From the NCBI GenBank assembly GCA_016213015.1, contig JACRCE010000011.1, forward strand, positions 10,586-74,585: a stretch of DNA of 64,000 nt, in the 5' to 3' direction. This document shows positions 45,435-54,408 of the stretch, piece after piece (the stretch's first letter is position 1; every line of letters starts with the position of its first letter). The notes under the pieces are model-generated. The model saw only the letters and a program-made list of their open reading frames with translations, was not told where the DNA came from and made no database searches. The translations under genes were made by a program, and so were the position numbers. Origin of the DNA: Deltaproteobacteria bacterium (GTDB lineage: Bacteria; Desulfobacterota; GWC2-55-46).

Positions 45435-46727
45435 ATGCTACGGAGCATGTCGATTGCACTCGCAACAATCTTTCTGGCGATAACGGCCGTATTCTACGTC
45501 TCGCAAGACAGCCTTGCGGCCCCGACGTTCGCAAGACAAACGGGCATGGCCTGCAACACCTGCCACTTTCAGCACTTCCCGACCCTGAACGCCTTTGGCA
45601 GGGCATTCAAATCAGGCGGCTACACCATGGCAGGGGGACAGAGCCTTCTGGAGGGGGATCTCCTTTCCATGCCGTCGAGCCTCAACGCCTCTCTTGTAAC
45701 GAAGATACGGTATCAGAAAAGAAACGGCGACAGCGGCAACGCCGGCGCCTCTACGTCCAATCAGGAGATGAACAAAGGCACGTTGCAGTTCCCTGACGAG
45801 GCCGCGCTTCTTATCGGCGGACGCGCAGGGGAACATATCGGCTTTTTGCTTGAGGCTTCATTGAAGGACTCGGCCACGACCGGGACGACCATGTTCACGT
45901 CTTACAAGATGCCGGTGGTATTCGACGCGGCAGGGACGAAGTTGAGCGTGATACCGTTCACCACGGACGCGGCAGGGCCGTCTTACGGCTTTGAGATATT
46001 GAACACCGGCGCGGTAAGGATGCTTCGTCCTCTTGAACACCGCAATGACACGTCGGCGCAACAGTACGTCGGCACCGACGGCGCGGCAACCGGCTTTGCA
46101 TTCGTTGCCGCTCATAACCTCGTGCATGCCAACTACACGGCATGGTACCCGGCGCACGGGGACTCGGACGCGGGGCCGTACATGGGTTATTTCAGGGCCG
46201 CAATAACCCCGACGATCGCGGGCTGGGACATTGCCGCAGGCACTCAAGTTTGGCGCGGAAGCTCCAAATCAGGCGGAGAGACTGCGCCGACGCGCGTGGC
46301 GGGCAGGGCATTCGCGCTTGACGCACAGGCGCAGGGCACTGCGGGAAAATTGCCATTGGGAGCGTATCTCACCTACACACGCGCCCCTAAATCAAAACCC
46401 ACGTGCACGACCTGTACCGACTCCAACACTAATATGTATAATACGAGCCTTAACAAAACAAAATCCGCATGGACCGCAACGGCCGAGGCCGGCGTCATCC
46501 CGAACAGGGTTACGCTTGCGGCAAGCTACAGGAACGGCAAGGATGGGGACCCTGACGGAGACAACAAGGACGGGGACAACGCAAAGATGCTTGGCGCGGT
46601 CTATACGATCGCGCAGAATCTACAACTTCAACTAAATAACTCTTGGTTCTCTGGAAGCGCAAAAACAGGCAGCATGAGGGCTAACGGCAATATGCTTACC
46701 ACTGTGATGCTGTTCGGCGCGTTTTAG
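45435..46727 (+). CDS. outer-membrane beta-barrel protein with an N-terminal CxxCH motif
   Basis: The ORF has a signal peptide, then ARQTGMACNTCHFQHFP (a single CXXCH), then alternating amphipathic beta-strand-like segments. The C-terminal residue is Phe (...VMLFGAF), typical of OMPs. RBS AAGGAGG is upstream. Confidence 0.6.
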   Translation: MLRSMSIALATIFLAITAVFYVSQDSLAAPTFARQTGMACNTCHFQHFPTLNAFGRAFKSGGYTMAGGQSLLEGDLLSMPSSLNASLVTKIRYQKRNGDSGNAGASTSNQEMNKGTLQFPDEAALLIGGRAGEHIGFLLEASLKDSATTGTTMFTSYKMPVVFDAAGTKLSVIPFTTDAAGPSYGFEILNTGAVRMLRPLEHRNDTSAQQYVGTDGAATGFAFVAAHNLVHANYTAWYPAHGDSDAGPYMGYFRAAITPTIAGWDIAAGTQVWRGSSKSGGETAPTRVAGRAFALDAQAQGTAGKLPLGAYLTYTRAPKSKPTCTTCTDSNTNMYNTSLNKTKSAWTATAEAGVIPNRVTLAASYRNGKDGDPDGDNKDGDNAKMLGAVYTIAQNLQLQLNNSWFSGSAKTGSMRANGNMLTTVMLFGAF

Positions 46728-46746
46728 TCGGCTTCCATTCGTCGTC

Positions 46747-46783
46747 AAAAGGGGAGGGCTGATAAAACCCTCCCCTTTTTATT
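46747..46783 (+). terminator. rho-independent terminator
   Basis: The hairpin is aaaaGGGGAGGGctgataaaaCCCTCCCCttttt. Confidence 0.8.
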
Positions 46784-46793
46784 GGAATAAGGG

Positions 46794-47696
46794 GTGCTGA
46801 TGAACAACACGCAACCACAGCGCAACAGGACAGGCGCGGCCTATCCAACTATTTTTTCTCTTTTTCTTCTGCTCTCGGCCTGCGCCGCCCCGCTTGAGAT
46901 CAACACGCGCATCGATAAAGCCTCCCTTCATGACAAGGCGCTGGTCAGCGCACCGGTTACAGTGTACATCCAACCGTTCATTGACAACCGCGACCAATCG
47001 AAAAGTCCATTCAAAGACCCGCGCACCATCGGACGGGTGAACGTGCCGATCTCGGACATGATCGGCGACTCCTTGACACTTTCAGAGGACATACCGGTAA
47101 TAGTAACAAGCGCGTTTGCAAACGGACTAATCGCCGCCGGTTATGCGATAGCCCAAGAGGAGAAGGACGCGGACTTCATGATCTCAGGCACGGTTGAGGA
47201 GTTTTCGCTTAACCTCGACGCAAGGGATGCGTTGAACATCGGCCTGTCGGGACGGATCGTCGAGAGGGAAACCAACAGGGTGATATGGGCGGGTGTCGAA
47301 ACGGAAAAGACGGACAGATACGCTGGAGTGATGGGCAACTCAAGGGCAACGATAACCAAGTACATCGCCTCGTCGCTGTACAAGCTGGTCAACAACGTGC
47401 TTGTCAAGGCCACCCCAATGATTGAAAACACCCGCGCCGTCTACCGGCCGAACATTGACAAAGAAAACACAGCGATACCGGCCTCCACGGGCAGGGCCGT
47501 CGTGCTTGCCGAGCCGGTGCGTTCAAAGGTCTATATAAACGACGTCTACTACGGCCTCACCCCGCTGAAATTGGACATCGCTCCGGGCGTATACGAGATT
47601 ACCGTAAAACACAGAGGCTTTAAGGACGCAATGGAAAATATCTCGGTCAGACAAGGGCAGATTACCGAGATGGAGGTTGTATTGGAAAAGGAGTAG
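46794..47696 (+). CDS. PEGA-domain lipoprotein
   Basis: The ORF has a signal peptide plus lipobox (LLLSAC). The C-terminal ~70 aa is VYINDVYYGLTPLKLDIAPGVYEITVKHRGF, a PEGA-like beta-sandwich. Confidence 0.55.
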   Translation: MLMNNTQPQRNRTGAAYPTIFSLFLLLSACAAPLEINTRIDKASLHDKALVSAPVTVYIQPFIDNRDQSKSPFKDPRTIGRVNVPISDMIGDSLTLSEDIPVIVTSAFANGLIAAGYAIAQEEKDADFMISGTVEEFSLNLDARDALNIGLSGRIVERETNRVIWAGVETEKTDRYAGVMGNSRATITKYIASSLYKLVNNVLVKATPMIENTRAVYRPNIDKENTAIPASTGRAVVLAEPVRSKVYINDVYYGLTPLKLDIAPGVYEITVKHRGFKDAMENISVRQGQITEMEVVLEKE

Positions 47697-47767
47697 CCTG
47701 AACAAATTTTGAGTTTTTCAACAAATTGGAGGTCCATGCGATACTCATTCCAGCCTTTTATTGGTTG

Positions 47768-48238
47768 CCTTTAAAAATTAGGGAGGCTCTGATTAATTCT
47801 TATTTTGTCATTGCGAGCCCAGCACCACTTTGGATTATGAAAGCGTGTTCCTTGGCAAATTCCTTCGTGCAACAAAGTGGTGCTGGGTTGATTTCCTTGA
47901 AGACGAGATTCTACGCTGCGCGAGAATGACGGATCGGCGAATAAATCAGAGCTTCCTTAGATAGTTTTTCCGAGTTCAAGGAAGGGCGAAAATAAACTTG
48001 TCCTCGCGTGTATTTAGCGGGGAAAGCGCAGCATATACGTTAATATGTGAGCATTGGGCTACCTCCCCCATTCCCCCCCTTAGTAAGGGGGGGAATGGGG
48101 GAGGTAGCCTCGGCAAGGAATTGCTCATTTTGAAAGCGCGTCTTATCGCGCCTGCGGCGCGAGCCGACGGGCAACCGATGTATTTTCGCCCTGACACCCG
48201 TAACGCAATCGGTCGGGAAAAATAGCAATCTTTAGAGG
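47768..48238. mobile_element. composite repeat: family-B long variant (B4) with nested A3 and a 53-bp perfect palindrome
   Basis: The B TIRs are cctttaaaaattag ... cgggaaaaatagcaatctttagagg. The interior is homologous to B3. The palindrome is ggctacctcccccattccccccc-ttagtaa-gggggggaatgggggaggtagcc at ~48057-48109. Confidence 0.55.
47782..47956 (+). mobile_element. MITE family A, copy A3 (175 bp; internal hairpin module replaced)
   Basis: The TIRs are GGAGGCTCTGATTAATT / AAATCAGAGCTTCC. The TSD is TTAG (47778-47781 and 47957-47960). The internal hairpin is CCCAGCACCACTTT...AAAGTGGTGCTGGG instead of CCGCGC...GCGCGG. Confidence 0.75.
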
Positions 48239-48244
48239 CAGCCA

Positions 48245-49627
48245 CTACATCTCCACCATCTCCCCGTCCTCCGGCGTATGCACCTTGAAGCCGAACCTCT
48301 CCCTTGCAAGGGATGCAAGCGACTCTCTCGCCTCTTTTTCGCCGTGCACCATATAGACCTCAGGCGAATCGTTGAAGGCGGCAAGCCATTCAAGAAGTTC
48401 CTCTCTCCCTGCATGTGCTGAAAAGCCGTTTATCGTGTATATCGGCGCCTTGACGACCACCTGTTCGCCGAGCACTGACACGGACTTTGCGCCGTCAACG
48501 AGCCGTCTGCCAAGCGTGCCTTCGGCCTGATAGCCGACGAATATTATCCCGCATTCGGAGCGCCAGAGGTTATGCTTGAGGTGATGCCGTATCCTGCCCC
48601 CTTCGCACATGCCGCTTCCGGCTATGATGATGCAACCGGATTTGACCATGTTGAGCTTCATGGAGTCTTCCACGGAGCGCACGAAATGCATCCTCATGGA
48701 AAAGTCCTTCTGCTTGCCGGTAAAGAGCCTTCTTGCCTCGTCGTCAAAGCACTCCGGGTGCGCCGCGTATATCCTTGTAACCGCCTCGGCCAGCGGGCTG
48801 TCAAGATATACGTCTATCTTGTAAAGACGCCCCTCGCGCACGAGGTTGTTGATGATGTAAAGCAGGTCTTGCGTCCTGCCGACCGCGAAAGACGGGATGT
48901 AGACGTTGCCGCCGCGCTTGAAGGTGGTCTTGATGGCGGCCGTCAATTCGCCTATGCTCTCGTTTATCGGCTTATGAGACCTGTTGCCGTAGGTGGACTC
49001 CATGATAACGTAGTTCGCGCCCTCGGGCTTGAACGGGTCTTTTATTATTGGGTTGTCCTTTTTGCCGATGTCTCCTGAGAAGACTAATTTCTTTTCGACG
49101 CTCGAGTCCTGAAACCATATCTCCACCGAGGCCGAACCAAGGATATGCCCGGCATCCAGAAACCTGTACTTGACGCCGTTGCCGAGATGAAAGACCTTGT
49201 CATACGGTTTGGTATCGAAGAGCGGCAGGAGGTTTTCAACGTCTTCGGTGGTGTAGAGCGGTTCGGCCGGGGCCATGCCTGTCCTCATCCCCTTTTTCGT
49301 AAGCCACTCGGCGTCGCTTTGCTGGATACCGGCCGAGTCATAGAGCATCGGCTCAAGCAGGTCCCGCGTGGGAGAGGTCGTTATTACCCTGCCCTTGAAG
49401 CCTTCCTTCAGCGCCTTTGGCAGCATCCCTGAATGGTCTATGTGCGCGTGGGTTACGAAGATGTAGTCCAACTCAACGGGATTGAACGGGAAGGGGCGCT
49501 TGTTGGCATCGTCTGAGCCGTTGCCCTGACGCATGCCGCACTCCACCAGAATCCTGAGCCTGTTGACCTCTATATAATAACAGGACCCGGTTACGGTGCT
49601 TGCGCCTCCTACGAATCGAAGCTTCAA
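48245..49627 (-). CDS. beta-CASP / MBL-fold ribonuclease (RNase J / CPSF-like RNA-metabolising metallo-beta-lactamase)
   Basis: The ORF has the HAHIDHSG motif followed by beta-CASP and C-terminal RNA-specificity domains. It is 460 aa. Confidence 0.75.
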   Translation of the reverse strand: MKLRFVGGASTVTGSCYYIEVNRLRILVECGMRQGNGSDDANKRPFPFNPVELDYIFVTHAHIDHSGMLPKALKEGFKGRVITTSPTRDLLEPMLYDSAGIQQSDAEWLTKKGMRTGMAPAEPLYTTEDVENLLPLFDTKPYDKVFHLGNGVKYRFLDAGHILGSASVEIWFQDSSVEKKLVFSGDIGKKDNPIIKDPFKPEGANYVIMESTYGNRSHKPINESIGELTAAIKTTFKRGGNVYIPSFAVGRTQDLLYIINNLVREGRLYKIDVYLDSPLAEAVTRIYAAHPECFDDEARRLFTGKQKDFSMRMHFVRSVEDSMKLNMVKSGCIIIAGSGMCEGGRIRHHLKHNLWRSECGIIFVGYQAEGTLGRRLVDGAKSVSVLGEQVVVKAPIYTINGFSAHAGREELLEWLAAFNDSPEVYMVHGEKEARESLASLARERFGFKVHTPEDGEMVEM

Positions 49628-49888
49628 GGTTATGCTCCCTCAAGCTGTGTTGGCGTCGTTACCTTAATTTTACCATAACGAGACGGCAAAGAATAGACGG
49701 ATGTTTTCCGGATGTCAAAAAAATGTCGAACAACGGCTTGAAACATTTGGACATGTAGAGCAGCGGCGTCAAAAGCATGGTTGACAGACAAATAAAATCG
49801 TGTTTAATTATGCTTATGGATGTTAACGGGGCGAGGCGTCTCAAGCTGTTTACCAATGCAATCAAAAGACGGAAGGGAGGCAGACAAG

Positions 49889-50083
49889 ATGCTGATGGAA
49901 GAGATAAAGAAAAAGGCTAAGGCCGCTGGAATCAAGACCGTGCCCGCAAGGACGAAAAAGCTGGAGCTTGTAAGGCAGATACAGACCGCTGAGGGCAACT
50001 TCCCGTGCTTTGGGACGGCTGACGGCTTTTGTGATCAATTGACCTGCTGTTTTTATAAGGACTGCATAGGCAAGGATTACTGA
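49889..50083 (+). CDS. small protein with Rho-N/HeH-like N-terminus and Cys-rich C-terminus
   Basis: The product is MLMEEIKKKAKAAGIKTVPARTKKLELVRQIQ (HeH-like) followed by CFGTADGFCDQLTCCFYKDC. The ATG at 49889 is preceded by GGGAGG. The track ORF starts at 49820. Confidence 0.45.
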   Translation: MLMEEIKKKAKAAGIKTVPARTKKLELVRQIQTAEGNFPCFGTADGFCDQLTCCFYKDCIGKDY

Positions 50084-50171
50084 TACGGTAGTGCAAGTCA
50101 AGCCGTATCATTGGAAAGTATTAACGTTTGCGGAACATCACGATTGTTATTTTCACGCTTGAGGCTCAAAC

Positions 50172-50203
50172 AATAGAGCCGCCAATTCATGGGCGGCTCT
50201 ATT
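50172..50203. terminator. bidirectional terminator hairpin AATAGAGCCGCC-caattcatg-GGCGGCTCTATT
   Basis: It sits between convergent genes. A T-tract follows on the minus strand. Confidence 0.6.
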
Positions 50204-50223
50204 CCATTTCAATCGGACGACCT

Positions 50224-50709
50224 TCATACCTGCTCAACGTTCTTTATCTCATGGGCGTATTTTTTAATAGTGGCTTCCACGCCGGATTTGAGAGTCAATG
50301 CCGCTGACGGACAACCGTTGCAAGCGCCTGTCAGCTTTACCCTTACCGTGCCGGACGCCTCTTGAATCTCCACAAGCTCGACGTTTCCGCCATCCGCCTG
50401 AAGGTGCGGACGCACCTCGGCGAGCGCGGTATTAACCTTGCTCAGGAGCGCCTCTCCCGTTGCCTTGGGCAGTGCGAGTTTTTTGATATTGACCACCCAT
50501 CCGTCTGTTGTTCCCTTTGACACGTAGTCCCATGCGTAGGTATCCTTGTACGCACCCTCGAACTGATACCTAAGCGGCTTGGGGTCGAAATCATTCGTTA
50601 TCTGGAGCGTGGCCTCCTCGGCCAGCTTATCCCACGTATCGAGCACACGCGGGTGTCTCTCATGCACAGGTACCTTCCGCAAATCCATCTTAACGACGCT
50701 GGCATCCAT
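50224..50709 (-). CDS. NifU/Nfu-like Fe-S cluster protein with N-terminal DUF2249-like domain
   Basis: The C-terminal segment VELVEIQ...VRVKLTGACNGCPSAALTLKSGVE is a Nfu-type CxxC domain. Confidence 0.65.
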   Translation of the reverse strand: MDASVVKMDLRKVPVHERHPRVLDTWDKLAEEATLQITNDFDPKPLRYQFEGAYKDTYAWDYVSKGTTDGWVVNIKKLALPKATGEALLSKVNTALAEVRPHLQADGGNVELVEIQEASGTVRVKLTGACNGCPSAALTLKSGVEATIKKYAHEIKNVEQV

Positions 50710-50863
50710 GATGGCCTCCGAGTACGATGTCTTTGACGTATCTTGTTATATTATACTAAAAAGGGTCATTATGCGAGGAGATTTATGTCAGCTTCGAACG
50801 TCTTGCTGAAAAGGGACTAATGCCGAAGGGGACTCGGTCTTCGCTCCTCGCTCCCGCTTCCTC

Positions 50864-50965
50864 CCCAGCACCACTTGAATGAAAATTCAGCATCTAAGGC
50901 ATATACGCGGCTTTTTAGTATTTAACGTTTCTGAAGGCATGCTTACACAAACAAGTGGTGCTGGG
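50864..50965. repeat. long hairpin repeat (family C): CCCAGCACCACTTG ... CAAGTGGTGCTGGG
   Basis: It has 14-bp perfect arms separated by ~70 nt. The same arm sequence forms the internal hairpin of MITE A3 (47812-47890). Confidence 0.55.
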
Positions 50966-51009
50966 TCGGCGCTCGTAAGGCGTTCTATTCCCTCATCAAA
51001 ATCAGAATT

Positions 51010-51049
51010 AAAAATGGGGAGACAGAAAAAAACCTGTCTCCCCATTTTT
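51010..51049. terminator. bidirectional rho-independent terminator downstream of tRNA-Leu
   Basis: The hairpin is aaaaaTGGGGAGACAGaaaaaaaCCTGTCTCCCCAttttt. Confidence 0.8.
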
Positions 51050-51054
51050 AATTC

Positions 51055-51139
51055 TGGTGCCGAAGGGGGGACTCGAACCCCCATGGATCTCTCCACTACC
51101 CCCTCAAGATAGCGTGTCTACCAGTTTCACCACTTCGGC
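51055..51139 (-). tRNA. tRNA-Leu (anticodon GAG)
   Basis: This is an 85-nt class-II tRNA: GCCGAAG TG GTGAAACTGGTAGACAC GCTATC TTGAGGG GGTAG, a long variable arm TGGAGAGATCCAT, GGGGGTTCGAGTCCCCC, and CTTCGGC ACCA. The anticodon loop has U33, G37 and GAG. Confidence 0.85.
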
Positions 51140-51153
51140 ATTTGAAAAAAAAC

Positions 51154-51492
51154 TTATTTGTTCGTTGTCGGCTGCGGGAGCGCGTCGGGCTGTGCCTGCG
51201 TCGCCTGCGGAGCGGCAGGCGCCGTTACCGCCGGAACGTCGCTCATCACGGACGTCTGCTTTACCCTTGACGACTGATACGTAAGGTACAAAGATGTCAG
51301 CATGAATATTCCGGCGCATACGCCCGTAACCTTGGCAAGAAGGGTTGCCGGACCCGCGCTTCCGAAAAGGGTCTGACTCCCCGCGCCGCCAAAGGCCGAA
51401 CCCATGTCCGCGCCCTTTCCGACCTGCAAGAGCACGGACACGATCATCGCTATACTCACGAGGATATGGATTACGATTATCGCTGTATACAT
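51154..51492 (-). CDS. secG: preprotein translocase subunit SecG
   Basis: The ORF has the motif LLQVGKGADMGSAFGGAGSQTLFG and two TM helices. Confidence 0.85.
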   Translation of the reverse strand: MYTAIIVIHILVSIAMIVSVLLQVGKGADMGSAFGGAGSQTLFGSAGPATLLAKVTGVCAGIFMLTSLYLTYQSSRVKQTSVMSDVPAVTAPAAPQATQAQPDALPQPTTNK

Positions 51493-51773
51493 TGGTTGTC
51501 CTGTAGCCCTGCGTAAACGTTGTTCTCAAAGATGAAGACAAGCGGACATTTTACACGGTTGGCAAAATAATGCAAGCATTTTAATTACCCGCCTTTTTTG
51601 TAAAAAAGGCGGGCCAAAAAACTTCTAATTGGGGATAATCAATCTTACCTGACGGAAACTCATGTTGCCCGCGACGCTTCACACATACCCTTCCTTATGT
51701 TAAGATTGCCTTGAATGACAAACGGCTATAGTTTCAGCGCAAATCTAAGCGCTTCGCCTCCCTAACACGTCAG

Positions 51774-52295
51774 ATGGCCGAAAACAACGGTAAACGCAAC
51801 AACAATAAAAATCATCCGCTGAATAAAATCAAGCGGCGCGCACGGCTTTGGTATCTCAAGTTGCTGCGTCTCGACGACCCGCCTGAGAGGATAGCGCGCG
51901 GGGCTGCCATTGGCGTACTCATGGGCGTTTTGCCCACGTTCGGCCTCGGAGGTCTGCTGTCTCTGGCCTTTGCATGGGCGCTTCGTGGCAACAAGGCCGC
52001 GGCCATAATAGGAAGCGCCATCGTGAATCCGCTGACCGCGCCATTCTTCTGGACAGCGAGCATACTGACCGGAAGCGTTATCCTCGGTCGGGACTCCGAC
52101 GCCGTATTCGCAACCTTTAAGAACGAAGACCTGCTTAACGCCGCAGGCGAGGCCGCGCTGGTATATATGGCGGGCAACGCCGTGCTTTCAGCGGTCTTTA
52201 CGATCGCGTCGTACTTTCTGGTGAAAACGGCCATAACCGGCTACAGGGCGAGGAAGGAACGAAAAAGACGGGAACGGGAGGCCAACCTCTCTTGA
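51774..52295 (+). CDS. DUF2062-family membrane protein
   Basis: The ORF has a basic N-terminus followed by LRLDDPPERIARGAAIGVLMGVLPTFGLG. Confidence 0.5.
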   Translation: MAENNGKRNNNKNHPLNKIKRRARLWYLKLLRLDDPPERIARGAAIGVLMGVLPTFGLGGLLSLAFAWALRGNKAAAIIGSAIVNPLTAPFFWTASILTGSVILGRDSDAVFATFKNEDLLNAAGEAALVYMAGNAVLSAVFTIASYFLVKTAITGYRARKERKRREREANLS

Positions 52296-52409
52296 TGCAA
52301 GATGCGGCTTTACCGTCCGACTACCTTGCAAATATCTTGTAAAAGCAGTAGACGCTCACGCCTGCCACCACTCCCCACGATGTAATGAGAAATATCCATC
52401 CCGCGTAAC

Positions 52410-53960
52410 TCAAAGGCGCCTCCTTTTCCACGCGACCCTGACCAGCCAGAGATGGACGAGGAGGAGAAGCGCGAGAAAACCCCGCGTAATCCAGATGCCG
52501 CCGTCCCCCTTTGCGAGGACGCCGGGAAGCTGTTCATAAGTCCACGCCATCAGTATGGCCGCGATGAAGACAGGCGTTACGTACTTCATTATGTAGAAAA
52601 AAAACTTGGGTATCTTTATCTGAGCGCCCCTTTGCATCTCCTCCCATGCGTTAGACGATCCGAATATCCAGAAAAATATCATTACCTCGAAAAATGCCAG
52701 CACGACCAGTCCGAAGGTCCCTGCCCAGAAGTCCATCTCGTCGAGCGCGCCGCTTACGAGCATGGGCAAATGCGCGGAGCCGAAGAAAAAGACGGCAAGC
52801 GCGATGACGGAGCGCTTCCTTGACCAGCCAAGCTCATCCTCAAGAAAGGCTATTGCCGGCTGAGCAAGCGCGACAACAGACGTTATGCCCGCGAAGAACA
52901 GGAGCATGAACCATAGGAATCCGAAGAACTGGCCATAGCTTATATGCGTGAATATCGCGGGCATGCTTATGAAGCCCAGCTTGAACGCCCCGCCGTGCGA
53001 AATATCCCGCGCCCCGTCAAGGCCGAAGAATATCACGGCGGCCGTGAGCGCGATGGTCGAGCCGATGATCACCTCGGCAAATTCGTTGAGGGAGGCCGCA
53101 GTAAGGCCGGAGAGCGCTATGTCGTCGTCTTTTTTCATGTAGCTTGCGTAGGTAACGATGGCCCCCATGCCGAGCGAGAGCGTGAAAAAGACCTGTCCGG
53201 CGGCGGCAAGCCACGTCTTTGCGCTGAAAAGCCCTGTAAGGTTCGGCTCCCACAGGAACGACAGCCCTGCCTGCGCCGTATAATCAGGATTCGTCGGCGA
53301 ACTCATGGAGAGCACCCTTACAAACAGGACAAGGCCGAATACGAACAGAAGCGGTATGGCGATCTTGTTGAGTATCTCGATGCCCTTTGAAACGCCCTTG
53401 CCCAATATCCACATGCCCATTCCAAGGGTGATGATGAAGAACAGATAGGCCAGCGGCGTAGGCGACATGATGGCTCCGCTTGTGGTCTGGCCTATGTAAT
53501 CGCCCAGATACCTCTGGTACGGGGCGAGATAAGCCGCGGTTGACAACGCCTGAACCCCTGCCTCTGGATGAGGATACGAGCCGAACAGCGAAAAGATGCT
53601 GAAGGCAAGGGTCCATGAGCAGATGTAAATATAATATACGAGCACCACGAGCGGCAGAAATATGCCGAGGATGCCGACGTACTTGGCGGCCCTGTTCTTC
53701 CACAGCGCGTCGAACATGCCCGGGGTCGTGCCGTGCCCCAACGAGCCGCCGTAGCGTCCTATGCCCCATTCAATCCACATAAGCGGCACGCCAAGGACGA
53801 GGAGCGACACGAAGTACGGGATCATGTACGCGCCGCCGCCGTTCTCAGCGGCCTGCACCGGAAAGCGAAGGAAGTTGCCGAGCCCAATGGCGTTGCCCGC
53901 CATCGCCAAGATAAGCCCCCACCTTGAGTTCCACTGCTCCCTCTTGCCGTTATCGGCCAT
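52410..53960 (-). CDS. sodium-dependent transporter (NSS/SNF family)
   Basis: The N-terminal motif is WNSRWGLILAMAGNAIGLGNFLRFP, and the protein has ~12 TM helices. Confidence 0.85.
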   Translation of the reverse strand: MADNGKREQWNSRWGLILAMAGNAIGLGNFLRFPVQAAENGGGAYMIPYFVSLLVLGVPLMWIEWGIGRYGGSLGHGTTPGMFDALWKNRAAKYVGILGIFLPLVVLVYYIYICSWTLAFSIFSLFGSYPHPEAGVQALSTAAYLAPYQRYLGDYIGQTTSGAIMSPTPLAYLFFIITLGMGMWILGKGVSKGIEILNKIAIPLLFVFGLVLFVRVLSMSSPTNPDYTAQAGLSFLWEPNLTGLFSAKTWLAAAGQVFFTLSLGMGAIVTYASYMKKDDDIALSGLTAASLNEFAEVIIGSTIALTAAVIFFGLDGARDISHGGAFKLGFISMPAIFTHISYGQFFGFLWFMLLFFAGITSVVALAQPAIAFLEDELGWSRKRSVIALAVFFFGSAHLPMLVSGALDEMDFWAGTFGLVVLAFFEVMIFFWIFGSSNAWEEMQRGAQIKIPKFFFYIMKYVTPVFIAAILMAWTYEQLPGVLAKGDGGIWITRGFLALLLLVHLWLVRVAWKRRRL

Positions 53961-53965
53961 ATTCG

Positions 53966-54382
53966 TTAATTTCCCTTTTGCCTCGGACAGACTATCTTCG
54001 TAAGTTTTGCCTCGTAGCTTTCAGGCACTATGTAGCCCCACCTTGTCGGGTACATCTCAGAGGCGTTCGGGAGTTCCACGACGACGCCGCTTACGCCATC
54101 GTAGCCGTACTTTATAAGGGTGCGTAGTTTCCGCTCGGAACAGCTTATCTCCCAAAGGGCAAGCGAGTATACCTTTGACTTGACCTCCAGCTTTACCCAG
54201 ACGTTTACAATGTTCGCCGAAGGAAAGACAACGCTCTCCGCGTCGTAGTAGTACGATATGGAGTTATCGCCGCTCGTGTGAAAAAACCTCCACTCCGCGG
54301 CCGTTTGAGACGCGCCGCTGCCCGACGGCATGAGACTCGCGCCTATCACAGCCAAAACAATCAGCGTTGAAAGCCTACGCAT
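53966..54382 (-). CDS. secreted hypothetical protein (138 aa)
   Basis: It has a signal peptide (MRRLSTLIVLAVIGASLMPSGSGA) and no recognisable domain. Confidence 0.4.
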   Translation of the reverse strand: MRRLSTLIVLAVIGASLMPSGSGASQTAAEWRFFHTSGDNSISYYYDAESVVFPSANIVNVWVKLEVKSKVYSLALWEISCSERKLRTLIKYGYDGVSGVVVELPNASEMYPTRWGYIVPESYEAKLTKIVCPRQKGN

Positions 54383-54408
54383 GGCATCCTCCTCTTATAA
54401 CCCTTGAA

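Noticed and set aside
51774-52295. DUF2062 protein as part of a novel system with the neighbouring NSS transporter
   Set aside because: The genes are convergent and separated by a terminator-like region. There is no shared operon structure.
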